Shown here: one piece after another, positions 26,071-39,679 of the stretch | Numbering within the stretch: position 1 is the first letter of the stretch | Layout of the letters: every line of letters begins with the position of its first letter | NCBI GenBank assembly: GCA_964016885.1 | Contig: OZ024740.1 | Location: 249,612,001-249,676,000, forward strand | DNA length: 64,000 nucleotides | Source: Eledone cirrhosa | Taxonomy: Eukaryota | Reading direction: 5' to 3' | The notes under the pieces: model-generated | Told to the model about the DNA's origin: nothing | Databases searched by the model: none | What the model saw: only the letters and a program-made list of their open reading frames with translations | Made by a program: the position numbers and the translations under genes

Positions 26071-29000
26071 CCACATTTACAATGTGTGCTAGGTGCTTTT
26101 TGTCGTGACACCTACACAACCACTTTACTGTGTGTGCTGGGTCCTTTTTGTTGTGACATCTACATGACCACTTTACAGTGTGTGCTGGGTGCTTTTTGTT
26201 GTGATACCTACATGACCACTTTACAGTGTGTGCTGGGTGCTTTTTGTTGTGATACCTACACAACCACTTTACAGTGTGTGCTGGGTGCTTTTTGTTCTGA
26301 CATCTACATGACCACCTTAAAGTGTGTGCTGGGTGCTTTTTGTTGTGATACCTACATGACCACTTTACAGTAAGTGCTAGGTGCTTTTTGTTGTGATACC
26401 TACACAACCACTTCACAGTGTGTGCTGGGTGCTTTTTGTTGTGACACCTACATGACCACTTTACAGTGTGTGCTGGGTGCTTTTTGTTGTGACACCTACA
26501 TGACCACTTTACAGTGTGTGCTGGGTGCTTTTTGTTGTGATACCTACACAACCACTTTACTGTGTGTGCTGGGTGTTTTTCGTTGTGACACCTACATGAC
26601 CACTTTACAGTGTGTGCTGGGTGATTTTTGTTGTGATACCTGCATGACCACTTTACTGTGTGTGCTGGGTGTTTTTCGTTGAGACACCTACATGACCACT
26701 TTACAGTGTGTGCTGGATGATTTTTGTTGTGACATCTACACGACCACATTACAGTGTGTGCTGGGTGATTTTTGTTGTGATACCTGCATGACCACTTTAC
26801 TGTGTGTGCTGGGTGCTTTTTGTTGTGATACCTACACGACCACTTTACAGTGTGTGCTGGGTGCTTTTTGTTGTGACATTTACATGACCACTTTACAGTG
26901 TGTGCTGGGTGCTTTTTGTTGTGATACCTGCATGACCACTTTACTGTGTGTGCTGGGTGCTTTTTGTTGTGACATTTACATGACCACTTTACAGTGTGTG
27001 CTGGGTGCTTTTTGTTGTGATACGTACACGACCACTTTACTGTGTGTGCTGGGTGCTTTTTGTTGTGACATTTACATGACCACTTTACAGTGTGTGCTGG
27101 GTGCTTTTTGTTGTGATACCTACACGACCACTTTACTGTGTGTGCTGGGTGCTTTTTGTTGTGACATTTACATGACCACTTTACAGTGTGTGCTGGGTGC
27201 TTTTTGTTGTGATACCTGCATGACCACTTTACTGTGTGTGCTGGGTGCTTTTTGTTGTGATACCTGCATGACCACTTTACAGTGTGTGCTGGGTGCTTTT
27301 TGTTGTGACATTTACATGACCACTTTACAGTGTGTGCTGGGTGCTTTTTGTTGTGATACCTACATGACCACTTTACTGTGTGTGCTGGGTGCTTTTTGTT
27401 GTGATACCTGCATGACCACTTTACAGTGTGTGCTGGGTGCTTTTTGTTGTGATACCTACACAACCACTTCACAGTGTGTGCTGGGTGCTTTTTGTTGTGA
27501 CACCTACATGACCACTTTACAGTGTGTGCTGGGTGCTTTTTGTTGTGACACCTACATGACCACTTTACAGTGTGTGCTGGGTGCTTTTTGTTGTGATACC
27601 TACACAACCACTTTACAGTGTGTGCTGGGTGCTTTTTGTTGTGATACCTACACAACCACTTTACTGTGTGTGCTGGGTGTTTTTCGTTGTGACACCTACA
27701 TGACCACTTTACAGTGTGTGCTGGGTGCTTTTTGTTGTGACACCTACACGACCACTTTACAGTGTGTGCTGGGTGATTTTTGTTGTGATACCTGCATGAC
27801 CACTTTACTGTGTGTGCTGGGTGTTTTTCGTTGAGACACCTACATGACCACTTTACAGTGTGTGCTGGATGATTTTTGTTGTGACATCTACACGACCACA
27901 TTACAGTGTGTGCTGGGTGATTTTTGTTGTGATACCTGCATGACCACTTTACTGTGTGTGCTGGGTGCTTTTTGTTGTGATACCTACACGACACTTTACA
28001 GTGTGTGCTGGGTGCTTTTTGTTGTGACATTTACATGACCACTTTACAGTGTGTGCTGGGTGCTTTTTGTTGTGATACCTGCATGACCACTTTACTGTGT
28101 GTGCTGGGTGCTTTTTGTTGTGACATTTACATGACCACTTTACAGTGTGTGCTGGGTGCTTTTTGTTGTGATACCTGCATGACCACTTTACTGTGTGTGC
28201 TGGGTGCTTTTTGTTGTGACATTTACATGACCACTTTACAGTGTGTGCTGGGTGCTTTTTGTTGTGATACGTACACGACCACTTTACTGTGTGTGCTGGG
28301 TGCTTTTTGTTGTGACATTTACATGACCACTTTACAGTGTGTGCTGGGTGGTTTTTGTTCTGATACCTACACGACCACTTTACTGTGTGTGCTGGGTGCT
28401 TTTTGTTGTGACATTTACATGACCACTTTACAGTGTGTGCTGGGTGCTTTTTGTTGTGATACCTGCATGACCACTTTACTGTGTGTGCTGGGTGCTTTTT
28501 GTTGTGATACCTGCATGACCACTTTACAGTGTGTGCTGGGTGCTTTTTGTTGTGACATTTACATGACCACTTTACAGTGTGTGCTGGGTGCTTTTTGTTG
28601 TGATACCTACATGACCACTTTACTGTGTGTGCTGGGTGCTTTTTGTTGTGATACCTGCATGACCACTTTACAGTGTGTGCTGGGTGCTTTTTGTTGTGAC
28701 ATTTACATGACCACTTTACAGTGTGTGCTGGGTGCTTTTTGTTGTGATACCTACATGACCACTTTACTGTGTGTGCTGGGTGCTTTTTGTTGTGACATTT
28801 ACATGACTACTTTACAGTGTGTGCTGGGTGTTTTTTGTTGTGATACCTACATGACCACTTTACTGTGTGTGCTGGGTGCTTTTTGTTGTGACATTTACAT
28901 GACCACTTTACAGTGTGTGCTGGGTGCTTTTTGTTGTGATACCTGCATGACCACTTTACTGTGTGTGCTGGGTGCTTTTTGTTGTGATACCTGCATGACC

Positions 29001-32000
29001 ACTTTACAGTGTGTGCTGGGTGCTTTTTGTTGTGACATTTACATGACCACTTTACAGTGTGTGCTGGGTGCTTTTTGTTGTGATACCTACATGACCACTT
29101 TACTGTGTGTGCTGGGTGCTTTTTGTTGTGATACCTGCATGACCACTTTACAGTGTGTGCTGGGTGCTTTTTGTTGTGATACCTACATGACCACTTTACA
29201 GTGTGTGCTGGGTGCTTTTTGTTGTGATACCCACATGACCACTTTACTGTGTGTGCTGGGTGCTTTTTGTTGTGACATTTACATGACCACTTTACAGTGT
29301 GTGCTGGGTGCTTTTTGTTGTGATACCTACATGACCACTTTACTGTGTGTGCTGGGTGCTTTTTGTTGTGACATTTACATGACCACTTTACAGTGTGTGC
29401 TGGGTGCTTTTTGTTGTGATACCTACATGACCACTTTACTGTGTGTGCTGGGTGCTTTTTGTTGTGACATTTACACGACCACTTTACAGTGTGTGCTGGG
29501 TGCTTTTTGTTGTGATACCTACATGACCACTTTACTGTGTGTGCTGGGTGCTTTTTGTTGTGACATTTACACGACCACTTTACAGTGTGTGCTGGGTGCT
29601 TTTTGTTGTGATACCTACATGACCACTTTACAGTGTGTGCTGGGTGCTTTTTGTTGTGATACCCACATGACCACTTTACTGTGTGTGCTGGGTGCTTTTT
29701 GTTGTGACATTTACATGACCACTTTACAGTGTGTGCTGGGTGCTTTTTGTTGTGATACCTACATGACCACTTTACAGTGTGTGCTGGGTCCTTTTTGTTG
29801 TGACATCTACATGACCACTTTACAGTGTGTGCTGGGTGCTTTTTGTTCTGACATCTACATGACCACCTTAAAGTGTGTGCTGGGTGCTTTTTGTTGTGAT
29901 ACCTACATGACCACTTTACAGTAAGTGCTAGGTGCTTTTTGTTGTGATACCTACACAACCACTTCACAGTGTGTGCTGGGTGCTTTTTGTTGTGACACCT
30001 ACATGACCACTTTACAGTGTGTGCTGGGTGCTTTTTGTTGTGACACCTACATGACCACTTTACAGTGTGTGCTGGGTGCTTTTTGTTGTGATACCTACAT
30101 AACCACTTTACAGTGTGTGCTGGGTGCTTTTTGTTGTGATACCTACACAACCACTTTACTGTGTGTGCTGGGTGTTTTTCGTTGTGACACCTACATGACC
30201 ACTTTACAGTGTGTGCTGGGTGATTTTTGTTGTGATACCTGCATGACCACTTTACTGTGTGTGCTGGGTGTTTTTCGTTGAGACACCTACATGACCACTT
30301 TACAGTGTGTGCTGGATGATTTTTGTTGTGACATCTACACGACCACATTACAGTGTGTGCTGGGTGATTTTTGTTGTGATACCTGCATGACCACTTTACT
30401 GTGTGTGCTGGGTGTTTTTTGTTGTGATACCTACACGACCACTTTACAGTGTGTGCTGGGTGCTTTTTGTTGTGACATTTACATGACCACTTTACAGTGT
30501 GTGCTGGGTGCTTTTTGTTGTGATACCTGCATGACCACTTTACTGTGTGTGCTGGGTGCTTTTTGTTGTGACATTTACATGACCACTTTACAGTGTGTGC
30601 TGGGTGCTTTTTGTTGTGATACCTGCATGACCACTTTACTGTGTGTGCTGGGTGCTTTTTGTTGTGACATTTACATGACCACTTTACAGTGTGTGCTGGG
30701 TGCTTTTTGTTGTGATACGTACACGACCACTTTACTGTGTGTGCTGGGTGCTTTTTGTTGTGACATTTACATGACCACTTTACAGTGTGTGCTGGGTGCT
30801 TTTTGTTGTGATACCTACACGACCACTTTACTGTGTGTGCTGGGTGCTTTTTGTTGTGACATTTACATGACCACTTTACAGTGTGTGCTGGGTGCTTTTT
30901 GTTGTGATACCTGCATGACCACTTTACTGTGTGTGCTGGGTGCTTTTTGTTGTGATACCTGCATGACCACTTTACAGTGTGTGCTGGGTGCTTTTTGTTG
31001 TGACATTTACATGACCACTTTACAGTGTGTGCTGGGTGCTTTTTGTTGTGATACCTACATGACCACTTTACTGTGTGTGCTGGGTGCTTTTTGTTGTGAT
31101 ACCTGCATGACCACTTTACAGTGTGTGCTGGGTGCTTTTTGTTGTGATACCTACACAACCACTTCACAGTGTGTGCTGGGTGCTTTTTGTTGTGACACCT
31201 ACATGACCACTTTACAGTGTGTGCTGGGTGCTTTTTGTTGTGACACCTACATGACCACTTTACAGTGTGTGCTGGGTGCTTTTTGTTGTGATACCTACAC
31301 AACCACTTTACAGTGTGTGCTGGGTGCTTTTTGTTGTGATACCTACACAACCACTTTACTGTGTGTGCTGGGTGTTTTTCGTTGTGACACCTACATGACC
31401 ACTTTACAGTGTGTGCTGGGTGCTTTTTGTTGTGACACCTACACGACCACTTTACAGTGTGTGCTGGGTGATTTTTGTTGTGATACCTGCATGACCACTT
31501 TACTGTGTGTGCTGGGTGTTTTTCGTTGAGACACCTACATGACCACTTTACAGTGTGTGCTGGATGATTTTTGTTGTGACATCTACACGACCACATTACA
31601 GTGTGTGCTGGGTGATTTTTGTTGTGATACCTGCATGACCACTTTACTGTGTGTGCTGGGTGCTTTTTGTTGTGATACCTACACGACACTTTACAGTGTG
31701 TGCTGGGTGCTTTTTGTTGTGACATTTACATGACCACTTTACAGTGTGTGCTGGGTGCTTTTTGTTGTGATACCTGCATGACCACTTTACTGTGTGTGCT
31801 GGGTGCTTTTTGTTGTGACATTTACATGACCACTTTACAGTGTGTGCTGGGTGCTTTTTGTTGTGATACCTGCATGACCACTTTACTGTGTGTGCTGGGT
31901 GCTTTTTGTTGTGATACCTGCATGACCACTTTACAGTGTGTGCTGGGTGCTTTTTGTTGTGACATTTACATGACCACTTTACAGTGTGTGCTGGGTGCTT

Positions 32001-35000
32001 TTTGTTGTGATACCTACATGACCACTTTACTGTGTGTGCTGGGTGCTTTTTGTTGTGATACCTGCATGACCACTTTACAGTGTGTGCTGGGTGCTTTTTG
32101 TTGTGATACCTACATGACCACTTTACAGTGTGTGCTGGGTGCTTTTTGTTGTGATACCCACATGACCACTTTACTGTGTGTGCTGGGTGCTTTTTGTTGT
32201 GACATTTACATGACCACTTTACAGTGTGTGCTGGGTGCTTTTTGTTGTGATACCTACATGACCACTTTACTGTGTGTGCTGGGTGCTTTTTGTTGTGACA
32301 TTTACATGACCACTTTACAGTGTGTGCTGGGTGCTTTTTGTTGTGATACCTACATGACCACTTTACTGTGTGTGCTGGGTGCTTTTTGTTGTGACATTTA
32401 CACGACCACTTTACAGTGTGTGCTGGGTGCTTTTTGTTGTGATACCTACATGACCACTTTACTGTGTGTGCTGGGTGCTTTTTGTTGTGACATTTACACG
32501 ACCACTTTACAGTGTGTGCTGGGTGCTTTTTGTTGTGATACCTACATGACCACTTTACAGTGTGTGCTGGGTGCTTTTTGTTGTGATACCCACATGACCA
32601 CTTTACTGTGTGTGCTGGGTGCTTTTTGTTGTGACATTTACATGACCACTTTACAGTGTGTGCTGGGTGCTTTTTGTTGTGATACCTACATGACCACTTT
32701 ACAGTGTGTGCTGGGTCCTTTTTGTTGTGACATCTACATGACCACTTTACAGTGTGTGCTGGGTGCTTTTTGTTCTGACATCTACATGACCACCTTAAAG
32801 TGTGTGCTGGGTGCTTTTTGTTGTGATACCTACATGACCACTTTACAGTAAGTGCTAGGTGCTTTTTGTTGTGATACCTACACAACCACTTCACAGTGTG
32901 TGCTGGGTGCTTTTTGTTGTGACACCTACATGACCACTTTACAGTGTGTGCTGGGTGCTTTTTGTTGTGACACCTACATGACCACTTTACAGTGTGTGCT
33001 GGGTGCTTTTTGTTGTGATACCTACATAACCACTTTACAGTGTGTGCTGGGTGCTTTTTGTTGTGATACCTACACAACCACTTTACTGTGTGTGCTGGGT
33101 GTTTTTCGTTGTGACACCTACATGACCACTTTACAGTGTGTGCTGGGTGATTTTTGTTGTGATACCTGCATGACCACTTTACTGTGTGTGCTGGGTGTTT
33201 TTCGTTGAGACACCTACATGACCACTTTACAGTGTGTGCTGGATGATTTTTGTTGTGACATCTACACGACCACATTACAGTGTGTGCTGGGTGATTTTTG
33301 TTGTGATACCTGCATGACCACTTTACTGTGTGTGCTGGGTGTTTTTTGTTGTGATACCTACACGACCACTTTACAGTGTGTGCTGGGTGCTTTTTGTTGT
33401 GACATTTACATGACCACTTTACAGTGTGTGCTGGGTGCTTTTTGTTGTGATACCTGCATGACCACTTTACTGTGTGTGCTGGGTGCTTTTTGTTGTGACA
33501 TTTACATGACCACTTTACAGTGTGTGCTGGGTGCTTTTTGTTGTGATACCTGCATGACCACTTTACTGTGTGTGCTGGGTGCTTTTTGTTGTGACATTTA
33601 CATGACCACTTTACAGTGTGTGCTGGGTGCTTTTTGTTGTGATACGTACACGACCACTTTACTGTGTGTGCTGGGTGCTTTTTGTTGTGACATTTACATG
33701 ACCACTTTACAGTGTGTGCTGGGTGCTTTTTGTTGTGATACCTACACGACCACTTTACTGTGTGTGCTGGGTGCTTTTTGTTGTGACATTTACATGACCA
33801 CTTTACAGTGTGTGCTGGGTGCTTTTTGTTGTGATACCTGCATGACCACTTTACTGTGTGTGCTGGGTGCTTTTTGTTGTGATACCTGCATGACCACTTT
33901 ACAGTGTGTGCTGGGTGCTTTTTGTTGTGACATTTACATGACCACTTTACAGTGTGTGCTGGGTGCTTTTTGTTGTGATACCTACATGACCACTTTACTG
34001 TGTGTGCTGGGTGCTTTTTGTTGTGATACCTGCATGACCACTTTACAGTGTGTGCTGGGTGCTTTTTGTTGTGATACCTACACAACCACTTCACAGTGTG
34101 TGCTGGGTGCTTTTTGTTGTGACACCTACATGACCACTTTACAGTGTGTGCTGGGTGCTTTTTGTTGTGACACCTACATGACCACTTTACAGTGTGTGCT
34201 GGGTGCTTTTTGTTGTGATACCTACACAACCACTTTACAGTGTGTGCTGGGTGCTTTTTGTTGTGATACCTACACAACCACTTTACTGTGTGTGCTGGGT
34301 GTTTTTCGTTGTGACACCTACATGACCACTTTACAGTGTGTGCTGGGTGCTTTTTGTTGTGACACCTACACGACCACTTTACAGTGTGTGCTGGGTGATT
34401 TTTGTTGTGATACCTGCATGACCACTTTACTGTGTGTGCTGGGTGTTTTTCGTTGAGACACCTACATGACCACTTTACAGTGTGTGCTGGATGATTTTTG
34501 TTGTGACATCTACACGACCACATTACAGTGTGTGCTGGGTGCTTTTTGTTGTGACATTTACATGACCACTTTACAGTGTGTGCTGGGTGCTTTTTGTTGT
34601 GATACCTGCATGACCACTTTACTGTGTGTGCTGGGTGCTTTTTGTTGTGACATTTACATGACCACTTTACAGTGTGTGCTGGGTGCTTTTTGTTGTGATA
34701 CCTGCATGACCACTTTACTGTGTGTGCTGGGTGCTTTTTGTTGTGACATTTACATGACCACTTTACAGTGTGTGCTGGGTGCTTTTTGTTGTGATACGTA
34801 CACGACCACTTTACTGTGTGTGCTGGGTGCTTTTTGTTGTGACATTTACATGACCACTTTACAGTGTGTGCTGGGTGCTTTTTGTTGTGATACCTACACG
34901 ACCACTTTACTGTGTGTGCTGGGTGCTTTTTGTTGTGACATTTACATGACCACTTTACAGTGTGTGCTGGGTGCTTTTTGTTGTGATACCTGCATGACCA

Positions 35001-35848
35001 CTTTACTGTGTGTGCTGGGTGCTTTTTGTTGTGATACCTGCATGACCACTTTACAGTGTGTGCTGGGTGCTTTTTGTTGTGACATTTACATGACCACTTT
35101 ACAGTGTGTGCTGGGTGCTTTTTGTTGTGATACCTACATGACCACTTTACTGTGTGTGCTGGGTGCTTTTTGTTGTGATACCTGCATGACCACTTTACAG
35201 TGTGTGCTGGGTGCTTTTTGTTGTGACATTTACATGACCACTTTACAGTGTGTGCTGGGTGCTTTTTGTTGTGATACCTGCATAACCACTTTACTGTGTG
35301 TGCTGGGTGCTTTTTGTTGTGACATTTACATGACCACTTTACAGTGTGTGCTGGGTGCTTTTTGTTGTGATACCTACATGACCACTTTACTGTGTGTGCT
35401 GGGTGCTTTTTGTTGTGACATTTACACGACCACTTTACAGTGTGTGCTGGGTGCTTTTTGTTGTGATACCTACATGACCACTTTACTGTGTGTGCTGGGT
35501 GCTTTTTGTTGTGACATTTACACGACCACTTTACAGTGTGTGCTGGGTGCTTTTTGTTGTGATACCTACATGACCACTTTACAGTGTGTGCTGGGTGCTT
35601 TTTGTTGTGATACCCACATGACCACTTTACTGTGTGTGCTGGGTGCTTTTTGTTGTGACATTTACATGACCACTTTACAGTGTGTGCTGGGTGCTTTTTG
35701 TTGTGATACCTACATGACCACTTTACTGTGTGTGCTGGGTGCTTTTTGTTGTGACATTTACATGACCACTTTACAGTGTGTGCTGGGTGCTTTTTGTTGT
35801 GATACCTACATGACCACTTTACTGTGTGTGCTGGGTGCTTTTTGTTGA
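26071..35848. repeat. 48-bp tandem satellite, ~204 units, with higher-order repeats
   Basis: Consensus GCTTTTTGTTGTGAYAYYTACATGACCACTTTACWGTGTGTGCTGGGT; diagnostic variants recur at 3551- and 2927-bp spacing. Confidence 0.98.
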
Positions 35849-35849
35849 A

Positions 35850-36985
35850 GTGCTACCTTCAAAGCAATTTGTTCAAAGGTGAGTGAGAGAAATAAGTATG
35901 GCCTGTGTGAATGGGCCCGCTCTGAATGTGAGCTTGTAGATTGGAGGAGAACAACTGGGACAGGGCACTTACCCTAAAGATCAGAGCATCCGTGGTTTTA
36001 TGGGTTTTTTTCCACAAATGACCCTTGAACGTCTCCTCCTTATTGAGGAACCTTCTTTGTTTTAATTTATTGTTATCTTTTTTTTTAACATTGTTGAAAT
36101 TTGTTTACATGATAAACCCACACACTAACACACACACCGACACACACACACCAACACACACACCAACACACACACCAACACACACACCGACACACACACA
36201 CCAACACACACACCAACACACACACCAACACACACAAACCAACACACACACCAAAACCCACACACAAACACACACACACCAACACGCACATGCTATGTTT
36301 CGTCCTGTACTGTCATAATGTTTTTCTTGATGTAAACCCTTTGTGGTCAATTCAGTCGATTCTGTCGGAGATGCGCATAGGGCGACGAAACCGTCCTGCA
36401 TGCACTTGTCCAGTGTCTGGACATTGCTGACTTGTGGGTTTATGTCGAACATCTGCTGTTGCATGTAGGACGGATCCAGCTATCGTAAGGATTGCCTTGC
36501 CGCCTTCCTTTAGCTGGGAAAGGCAGGCAGTTTTTATCTGACAAGTGGCCATGGCGAAAGAGGTCATGTGGTGGACACGTCTGAAAGGGCTGAAGACGAG
36601 CACTTACCTCTTCGGTGATGCTCTGATTAACTTTTTCAAATTTCATTTGAAAAGGAAAATCAGGGTAGAGAGGGAAGTGCTCTCTTCCCAGCAATTTGTT
36701 GAAAGATGGGTGAGAGAGGCAAGCATGGCCTGAATGTGTAGATTGGAGGTAGAAAACTGGGAGAGGACACTTGCCCTAGTGGTCAGGGTCACTGTGGATT
36801 TTTTAATGGCCTTTCTCCACGAGTGTCCCTCGGATGTCTTCTCCATATTGGGGAATTTTCTTTTTTTTCTTTTTTTGTTATTTCCTTTGTTTTTTTCTTT
36901 CCACGGAGAAATACCCATTTGTACCGTCCTGTGCTGTCCTTAATGTTATACTTTATGTCAACCCTTGTGGTTAATAAAGAAAATG
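35850..36985 (+). mobile_element. L1/Tx1-like LINE 3' ends (two partial copies separated by a CA-rich repeat)
   Basis: HALVQC...AKEVMWWTRLKG...FFKFHLKRKIRVER...FVERW; 3' UTR ending AATAAAGAAAA. Confidence 0.75.
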
Positions 36986-37024
36986 TTATTGTTATTGCTG
37001 CTGCTGTTGCTGTTGTTGTTGTTG

Positions 37025-37730
37025 TTTAGCTCAGTTCTGTTTCTCTATTGCCGGGTTCAGGCCTTGAACCAGGCAATAGATGTTTTCATTGTAGAGAGAG
37101 AACTCATCTGAGAATGTGTGCTGTTCCTAGTAGCCCAATCTTCTGTAGCTCATATTTGCTGATCTTGCAGGGAAGGACGCTAAGGCGCAGGTCTGAGGAT
37201 TTGCGTATTAATCCTAATGCTCCTATTACAACAGGGACAGTGTTTGTGGTCATCCTCCACATGTGGTTGATGTCTATTTCCAGGTCTTTTTTTTTTCACA
37301 GTTTTTCCATTGTTTTTTAAAATGTATTCTTGACCGCTGGTACGGAAATATCTATAAGGCTACATGTCCGATCTCGTTTGGTTTTTATAATATCTGATGT
37401 GTTGGCAGCGATTTCTCAGTCGGTTATCACAGACATATCCCACAAGATGGATATGTTGCCCTTTTCCATGACTGTTTTTGGTTGATGTTCATGCCATTTG
37501 TTAGAAGTTTGGATGTTATGGGAGCGGCAGAGCATCCAGTGCACATATTTGGCAATGTGGTTGTATCTTTCTATATAGTCAGTTTTTGCCAGCGCTGGAC
37601 CCGGAGATAACATGATCTACCGTTTTTTCATGTTTGTAATATATTCTTCATAGAGGGCTCGTCCCATCTTTCACTATTCTGTGTCTATAGGCCCGAGTGT
37701 TTAGAGATTGATCTTGTGCAGCAACTAAGA
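37025..37730 (-). mobile_element. R4/Dong-like (restriction-like endonuclease) LINE 3' fragment
   Basis: YIERYNHIAKYVHW...ILWDMSVITD and PVVIGALG...LLGTAHILR on the minus strand; abuts (AAC)n. Confidence 0.85.
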
Positions 37731-39500
37731 TGGAGATATCATAGCCTCAGCACATGTCTGCGCATCATTAGCCACAGCATTCCCAGTCCTCCATTCAGGG
37801 GCTGTTGACAGCAGATGGACTGCCTGACCATCAAAATGCATCCTTGCCACAAGAATCAGAAGAGCAAACGCTCCAGCGCAGTCAGAGGGGGTTTGGGATA
37901 AGACACGATGGTTGAACAGTAGTAGATGACATATGCGATGAATGTGTTCACTACCTCTGCCCTACCTTTCAGGGACAGCTTTCTCTCAGTTCATTTCTGG
38001 GTGAGATTGGCCACTCTGCTCATCACCTCATCCCAATTTCTGTCCATCTGGAGGTCAGAACCAAACGAGACCCTGAGCAAATTAAGTGGCCCATCCAGCA
38101 TCTGTTGGACTGCATTGAACTTCCTCTCCATGTGCCGAAGTTGTAGGCCCACAGAGTTTTCCTGGTTGATTTTTGCTCCCGTCAGCATTTCATATCCCTT
38201 CAGAGCAGTGCCGATCACCTTAATATGTTTGGTGTTCGACACTACGACTGTGATGACATCGGCATAGGACGACACAGATTTTCCGTGTCCTAGTTCATGT
38301 GGGATGCCCCTCAATGTCTCTAATTTGTGTAGTAGTGGCTTGAGAGTCAATACATACAACAGGGACGAGAGCGGACAGGCTTGGCGGACTGAATGTTGAA
38401 CAGCTTTCAGTCCCTCATGTCTAAGAGCACGTGCCTTAGCTCTGACCATGCAGCCTTTTTGCTTAGCATTGAAAAATTGGTCTAGGGCTTATCTCACTGC
38501 AAGAAAGTCAGTTGCGATACCATTGCTAATTGCCTCTTCTAGTTTTTTAACTAATTCTCCCTCTACTCTAGTTTTCTCTATTGCTATGCCTTGGCTAAAT
38601 TTTATTGATACTACTCTAATCGCCCTTTTCAGGGCATACCACCACTTGTTGTTGACGATTGCCCTGTTCATGCCTGCTTAACTAATTCACTAATTTGGTC
38701 TCTGTAGGCTTTGCGCATTAGTCCCACATAATTCCAGCTTGCAGCTAAGATACCGTTCTAGTCGCCCACCAAGACTAAAGAGTGAGATGTTCCCAGAAAG
38801 TTTTCGAGACGTCGGAAGAGATCAGTTCGTCCTGCCCAGAAGCAAAGACGGCCACTAATCTGAAGGCATGTCCTTCTCCGCTGGTCACGTCCAGCACCAC
38901 CAATGTACTCTCTGGGTGCAGGAAGATGGTCTGTATTGCGAGATCCAGGCTTTTTCAGAACAACACAGCAACTCTGCCTCCAGATTCTCGACAGCTTGGA
39001 GATGCGTACACCTCGTAGCCACCGAAAATGGGTGTGAAGGTTTATGCGTTGGAAACTCTGATCTCGCTAATTGCCACCACATCTATGTCCAGCACCTAAG
39101 GTGGCCCTATTTCCAGGATGACCACAAGCCATGTGTGTCCACACTGCCTATTTTGAGTGAGGCCATGATTGATTTAGAGAAAGTGGGAAAGGCCACTTAT
39201 CTTAGATTTTGAGAAGGAAGGACAGTATTTCCATCCTTTGGGGTTTTTTTTGGCTCAAGAGCCGAAATGTCTGTAGATTCCTTTGGAGATTGTTCCCCTG
39301 AAGTCTCCAATCAAATCTGGGAATTTTGTTTGCATGTTTTCTGTGTTATTTTTATTATTTGTATGTTTTTGGGTATTGCTATTTTTTCTGGTTTTATAAA
39401 ATTGTTTTGTGTGATTGTGATGTTGTGTTGTAGGTAATTAAAAAGTTTTGTATTGTTTGAGTCAATTGCTGTGTAGTGCGTGATGTTTATAATCTTTTCG
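37730..39500 (-). mobile_element. L1/Tx1-like LINE, fragmented APE and RT
   Basis: VRQACPLSSLLYVL...YADVIT (37991-38449); LVLVGD-type APE motif near 38770. Confidence 0.75.
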
Positions 39501-39679
39501 TTCTTGCAGGTGTGGGTTAGGTTTTGCTTGAGATGTTGTTTGTGTGTGTAGTGATTGTTGAGATGTTGGCTGTGTGGGTATTTGTGGTGGTGGTGGTCAT
39601 GGTGTTTTTTTTTGTTTTTGTTTTGGCTTTTCGGCTTTTAGGACTTTTTTGGTTCTTTTGCCTTCTTTTTTTGAGGGCG

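Noticed and set aside
26042-35848. Very long Cys/His/Lys-rich ORFs on both strands (up to 972 aa)
   Set aside because: They follow automatically from a stop-free 48-bp unit derived from a LINE UTR. Stops and a 1-bp deletion are propagated in the higher-order blocks, and there are no unique flanking domains.
26071-35848. CRISPR-like array
   Set aside because: No unique spacers, no cas genes, eukaryotic context.
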